DNA from: Lysobacteraceae bacterium
Lineage (GTDB): Bacteria > Pseudomonadota > Gammaproteobacteria > Xanthomonadales > Xanthomonadaceae
Length of the DNA stretch: 38,080 bases
Assembly (NCBI GenBank): GCA_024710865.1
Contig: JANJTY010000363.1
Coordinates: 1-38,080, forward strand
Direction: 5' to 3'
The translations under genes were made by a program, and so were the position numbers. Of this stretch, positions 34,388-38,080 are shown piece by piece (the first letter of the stretch is position 1; every line of letters starts with the position of its first letter). The notes beneath the pieces are model-generated. The model was not told the origin of the DNA. It saw only the letters and a program-made list of their open reading frames with translations, and did no database searches.

Positions 34388-35202
34388 CGGTCGGGCCTCG
34401 GCCGTCGCCCGCCGTCACCCGGATCCGGACTACCCGGGTTCGGTCCATTCAGGCCCGGCGGCGGTCGCATGCCGGGATTGCCGCCCAGCCCCGCGCCCTC
34501 CAGTCCGACATTGCCGAGTCCCGGCACGGCAACCGCACGCATCAGCGGCACTTCCAGCGGCGGCCAGCGCATCTGCACTCGCTCCGGCCACTCCACGTTC
34601 AGCCGCACCATCAGAGGCAGGCGGGCACGGTCCTCCCAGCTCGACAGCCATTCGCCGAGCATGCCCTCCTCGTCCAGACCGCGGTACTCGAAGCTGGCAT
34701 CGCTTGCGCCCTTCAGCAGCACTACCGGCGGTCGCTGTTCGCGCGGCGCGGGTTCGAGCGGGTCGAAGCCGTTCAGCAGCACGTGCTCGAACTCCAGGCG
34801 CAGGCCGTCGCCGTCCGAGCGCAGGCTCAGGGTCTGGACGTGGGCGCCGCCGCGCGCGAGGTAGCCGGGCATGGGCGCGACGAAGCGCAGGGTCTCGCCA
34901 TCGCCCTCGAAGACCTTGTTTTCATCGGCGCCAAGGTCGACGCGCTCGAACATCATGGGCAGGGCGAAGGACAGCTGGCGACGCAGGAACTGCTGCGCCA
35001 CCCGCAAGCGCTCGGTGCGGTCGATCAGGGCCTCGCCGCGCTCCACCGAGGCCGCGGTGGTGCGGAAAGCGCCGTAGGCCAGGCTCATCAACAAGGCCAG
35101 CAGGACCAGCGCGACCACCACCTCCATCAGGGTGAAGCCGCGCTCGGGGCTCACGGCACTGCGCCAGCGACCGGCGCCACCGCAACGACGGGAGCGCATC
35201 AT
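34384..35202 (-). CDS. gspJ: T2SS minor pseudopilin GspJ with a Gly/Pro-rich C-terminal tail
   Basis: 272 aa from ATG 35202, an ATGA overlap with the gspI stop. The prepilin motif is ERG|FTLMEVVVALVLL. The C-terminal ~50 aa are low-complexity Gly/Pro. The upstream part of tracked ORF 34384..35700 is discarded. Confidence 0.85.
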   Translation of the reverse strand: MMRSRRCGGAGRWRSAVSPERGFTLMEVVVALVLLALLMSLAYGAFRTTAASVERGEALIDRTERLRVAQQFLRRQLSFALPMMFERVDLGADENKVFEGDGETLRFVAPMPGYLARGGAHVQTLSLRSDGDGLRLEFEHVLLNGFDPLEPAPREQRPPVVLLKGASDASFEYRGLDEEGMLGEWLSSWEDRARLPLMVRLNVEWPERVQMRWPPLEVPLMRAVAVPGLGNVGLEGAGLGGNPGMRPPPGLNGPNPGSPDPGDGGRRPRPDR

Positions 35203-35663
35203 TGGCCGGGATCCGGCGTCAGGGCGCGCAGGGTCACGAAGCGGGCGCTGCGGCGGCCGTCCTGGCCCCAGCGCACCTCGAGTTCCAGCCGCATCAGCTC
35301 GGCCGGCACGCTGCTGATGCCGCCGCCCTGGTCGAACTCCTCCAGCAGCAGTGGCTCGACCCGCAGGGTCCATTCGTAGCGTTCGTCCCAGGTGCCCGAG
35401 GTCTCGCCTTCCTGCAGGCGCTCGCCTACGCCGGCGGCGTCGAGCAGGCTTTGCGCGAGCAGCGCGGCCTCGGTGCGTTCGGCGGCGATGCGCGCCTGAC
35501 GCACCGAACCCGCCACGCTCTGCATCGCCAGGCTCATGCCGAGCGCGAGGACGACGAAGGCCGCCACGATCTCGATCAGGCTGTAGCCGCGCTGGCGGCG
35601 GCGGACGGGGAGGCGATGGCGAAGCATGGCGGCTGAGACCGCGCGTTCCCGGCGCAAGTTCAT
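35199..35663 (-). CDS. gspI: T2SS minor pseudopilin GspI
   Basis: Prepilin motif QRG|YSLIEIVAAFVVLAL. The start is ATG 35663 (ATGA overlap with the gspH stop) or ATG 35627. Confidence 0.85.
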   Translation of the reverse strand: MNLRRERAVSAAMLRHRLPVRRRQRGYSLIEIVAAFVVLALGMSLAMQSVAGSVRQARIAAERTEAALLAQSLLDAAGVGERLQEGETSGTWDERYEWTLRVEPLLLEEFDQGGGISSVPAELMRLELEVRWGQDGRRSARFVTLRALTPDPGQ

Positions 35664-36298
35664 CGCGGCGCCGCGCCGGGCTGGAACAGGCTGATCTCAC
35701 CGGTCAGCCACAACGCTTCCACGATCCATTCGCGCTCGCCCATCACCAGGGTGACGCGACCGCCGGTGCAGCTGCCGTCGGGAAAGAAGCGGATCGCGGC
35801 GACACCGTCATCGAGCATCTCCTCGCGCGCGGTGAGCACGCGGATCTCCATGTCCTTCGGCAACTCGACCGGCTTGCGGCCGGGCGCGGTGTAGGTGCGC
35901 TGTTCCAGATCCAGTTCGAATGCCTTGGATTCGCGTTTCACGATCGCCTGGCCGCGGGTGTAGCGCATCGCAGCCACCAGCTCCCGGCCGGCGGCAGAAA
36001 CGCGAGCGCCGGAAAGGCCGCTGCCGACCGAGACCGAGACCACGGTCAGGGCCAGGCCGATCAGCATGATCACTGCGACGATTTCGATCAGGGTGAAGCC
36101 GCGCGCCTTGCCGGCGCGGCCGCAGCCGGCTGCGCGACCGAAGGCCCGCGCGTCCAGCGCGCGGGCCGGAACGAAGCCGCGCGCGAGAGACGTGCGGCGT
36201 GCGCACGGCTTGGCCGCGCCTGCGCCCGGGACTCGCCCGCCGCAGGCCAGATGGGCGGAGCGGGCCGCGTCGGAGACAGCGGGACTGCGGAGGTTCAT
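35660..36298 (-). CDS. gspH: T2SS minor pseudopilin GspH (start and leader uncertain)
   Basis: Prepilin motif KARG|FTLIEIVAVIMLIGL, followed by a GspH-like body. The only in-frame ATG/GTG/TTG upstream of the cleavage motif is ATG 36298, which implies a 66-aa Arg/Ala-rich leader. Confidence 0.75.
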   Translation of the reverse strand: MNLRSPAVSDAARSAHLACGGRVPGAGAAKPCARRTSLARGFVPARALDARAFGRAAGCGRAGKARGFTLIEIVAVIMLIGLALTVVSVSVGSGLSGARVSAAGRELVAAMRYTRGQAIVKRESKAFELDLEQRTYTAPGRKPVELPKDMEIRVLTAREEMLDDGVAAIRFFPDGSCTGGRVTLVMGEREWIVEALWLTGEISLFQPGAAPR

Positions 36299-36342
36299 GG
36301 CCTGGCCTTCGCAGCCGCGCCGTCAGGAACGCGCGCCGGCGC

Positions 36343-36786
36343 TCAGTCCCAGCTGTTGATGTCGCGCGCCCACTTCTCGCCGCCCGGCTTGCCGTCGCGG
36401 CCCAGGCTGGAGAGGTCGAAGGGGCCGTGCTCGCCCGGCGCGCGGTAGGAGAACTCGTTCTTCCACGGGTCCTTCAGCTCCGACTCGCGCGCATAGGGTC
36501 CGTTCCAGCCGGGGGCATTGCCCGGATCCTTGACCAGATCCTCCAGGCGGGCCGGCGGCGAACCGTTGTCGAGCTCGTAGGTTTCAACCTTGGCCGCCAG
36601 CGCCTGCACCTGCGCCTTGGCCAGGTTCCAGTTCGAGCGCTGCGCGTTGTCGCCGATCTGGTTGGCGGCGAAGGCCACCACGCCGCCGATCAGGACGATC
36701 ACGACCACGATCTCGATCAGGCTGAAGCCGCCCTGCCGGCGCGCGGCGCGGGACAGGCCGGGATGGATTCGACGCATCGTGTTCAT
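36343..36786 (-). CDS. gspG: T2SS major pseudopilin GspG
   Basis: 147 aa. Prepilin motif QGG|FSLIEIVVVIVLIG. Conserved GspG body: A..Q...L...V..Y.LDNG..P..L.DLV...........GPY........DPW...F.Y..PG.HG.FDL.SLG.DG..GG. Confidence 0.95.
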   Translation of the reverse strand: MNTMRRIHPGLSRAARRQGGFSLIEIVVVIVLIGGVVAFAANQIGDNAQRSNWNLAKAQVQALAAKVETYELDNGSPPARLEDLVKDPGNAPGWNGPYARESELKDPWKNEFSYRAPGEHGPFDLSSLGRDGKPGGEKWARDINSWD

Positions 36787-36789
36787 CGC

Positions 36790-38007
36790 TTACCCCATTG
36801 CATTGCTGAGACTGAAAATCGGTTCCAGGATCGCCATCATGATGAGGGCGATGAGGAAGGCCATCACGATCACCACCACCGGCACGATCGCCGCCATCAG
36901 GCGGTCGAGCGCGTTCTTTACCTCCACGTCGAAGGTGTCGGCGACCCGCTCCAGCATGGTATCGAGTTCGCCCGACTCCTCGCCGACCTGAATCATCTGC
37001 AGGGCCATGCGCGGGAAGCGCTTGCTCTTGCCCAGCGAGACAGCCAAGCCGTTGCCGGTCTTGACGTCCTTGGCGGCCTCGTCGACCGCCGCGGCCAGGG
37101 CGGTGTTGCCGACCACGTTGCGACCGATCGAAAGCGCGGTAAGCAATGGAACGCCGTTGCGGGCCAAAGTTCCCAGGGTGCGGGTCAGGCGCGCGGTCTC
37201 GACCCGCGCCACCAGGCTGCCGAACAGGCCACGCTGCAGCACCCAGGCGTCGAAGGCGAGGCGCTTGTCCGGGTCCTTGAGCTGGGCGCGCAGGAACACC
37301 ACCGCCAGCACCACGGCCACGATCACCGCCCACCACCAGCCCTGCACGAAGGTGCCCACGCCCAGCACGATCGAGGTCAGGGTCGGGATCTCCCCGCCCA
37401 TGTCCTCCAGCAGCGGGATGAAGGTCGGCACCACATAGCCCATCAGGAACAGCAGCGACACCAGCACCAGCACGATCAGGATGGCGGGGTAGATCAGGGC
37501 GTTGAACACGCCATCGCGCAGGGCCTTGCTGCGCTCCAGGTACACCGCCAGGCGGGAGAGGGTTTCGTGCAGGGCGCCGCCGACTTCGCCGGCACGCACC
37601 ATGTTCACGTAGAGGCGCGAGAACACGCCGTGCTCCTGCTCCAGCGCCTGCGAGAGCGGCGCGCCGCCGCGCACCGCCTCGCGCACCCGCTCGATCACCT
37701 TGCGCGCCTTGGCCGATTCGGGCAGGTCGAGCAGGATCTGCAGGGCGCGGTCCAGGGGCTGCCCGGCGCCCAGCAGGGTCGCGAGCTGCTGGGTGAACTG
37801 CAGCACCTGTCCCGCGCCCATGTCCGAGCGCCGCGTCAACAGGGTCAGCAGGCTACCCGAGCCGTCGCCGTCGGCCGGCTTGGCCTCGACCGGGATGTTG
37901 CCCGCATCCTGCAGCCGCGCGATCACTTCCTCGGCGGAGGCCGCTTCCATCTGCCCGTCGAGCGCGTCGCCGGCGGGACTGAAGGCTTTGTAGCGGAAGA
38001 GGGGCAT
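36790..38007 (-). CDS. gspF: T2SS inner-membrane platform protein GspF
   Basis: 405 aa. The N-terminus is MPLFRYKAFSPAGD. It has two GspF/PilC repeats and three TM segments. It lies upstream of gspG with a 3-nt gap. Confidence 0.95.
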   Translation of the reverse strand: MPLFRYKAFSPAGDALDGQMEAASAEEVIARLQDAGNIPVEAKPADGDGSGSLLTLLTRRSDMGAGQVLQFTQQLATLLGAGQPLDRALQILLDLPESAKARKVIERVREAVRGGAPLSQALEQEHGVFSRLYVNMVRAGEVGGALHETLSRLAVYLERSKALRDGVFNALIYPAILIVLVLVSLLFLMGYVVPTFIPLLEDMGGEIPTLTSIVLGVGTFVQGWWWAVIVAVVLAVVFLRAQLKDPDKRLAFDAWVLQRGLFGSLVARVETARLTRTLGTLARNGVPLLTALSIGRNVVGNTALAAAVDEAAKDVKTGNGLAVSLGKSKRFPRMALQMIQVGEESGELDTMLERVADTFDVEVKNALDRLMAAIVPVVVIVMAFLIALIMMAILEPIFSLSNAMG

Positions 38008-38020
38008 TTAGTTGAAGCCG

Positions 38021-38066
38021 CGGGATTCGGGATTCGGGATTCGGGATTCGCCAAGGCAGAATCCCG
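38021..38066. repeat. Tandem heptanucleotide repeat (CGGGATT)x4 with a distal complementary arm
   Basis: CGGGATT is repeated four times at 38021-38048. AATCCCG at 38060-38066 can pair with any one of the repeat units. The element lies 14 nt upstream of the gspF start, in the presumed gspE-gspF spacer. Confidence 0.9.
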
Positions 38067-38080
38067 CAGCCCCAACCGCC

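Noticed and set aside
38021-38066. Possible CRISPR array or phase-variable coding repeat
   Set aside because: The units are 7 nt with no spacers, so it is not a CRISPR. The repeat lies outside any supported CDS, so slippage would not cause a frameshift. It is kept only as a tandem-repeat observation.
1-38080. Recognisable defence systems, toxin-antitoxin pairs, tRNA/rRNA genes and IS elements
   Set aside because: Both strands were read for hallmark motifs: restriction/modification, Cas, nuclease/helicase pairs, tRNA T-loop GGTTCGAATCC, and terminal inverted repeats with a transposase. None was found.

Overview
High-G+C proteobacterial chromosomal segment; G+C was judged by eye, not computed. 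The gene order looks Xanthomonadales/Lysobacterales-like (inference): an xps-type T2SS ordered F-G-H-I-J-K-L-M-N-D, rsmI/lpoA/yraN, and ahpC-ahpF. From left to right: DUF971-ubiE-SGNH hydrolase; ahpC-ahpF with a candidate OxyR operator; RNase P RNA (rnpB), hidden under spurious ORFs; rsmI / lpoA-yraN; a REP-like palindrome cluster; a CBS protein; a GtrB-like GT2. Next comes a tightly coupled arsR-arsI-arsC-aquaglyceroporin operon, then mtgA / hslO, a GAF-GAF-GAF-GGDEF-EAL protein, and a small OMP-like orphan. A 7-gene minus-strand O-antigen/ABC-export operon follows: parvulin PPIase, wzm, wzt, GT2, methyltransferase, a 614-aa orphan, GT2. After it lies a lower-G+C two-gene module encoding Cys-containing secreted orphan proteins of 370 aa and 568 aa. 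The window ends with an xps/gsp type II secretion operon (gspF to gspD plus a co-transcribed lipoprotein), cut at the right edge before gspE. No CRISPR array, tRNA, rRNA, transposase, integrase or recognisable defence gene was seen. The best candidates for undescribed biology are the secreted-orphan module wedged between the T2SS and the O-antigen exporter, and the 614-aa orphan inside the O-antigen operon. All family calls come from motif recognition by eye; no searches were run.
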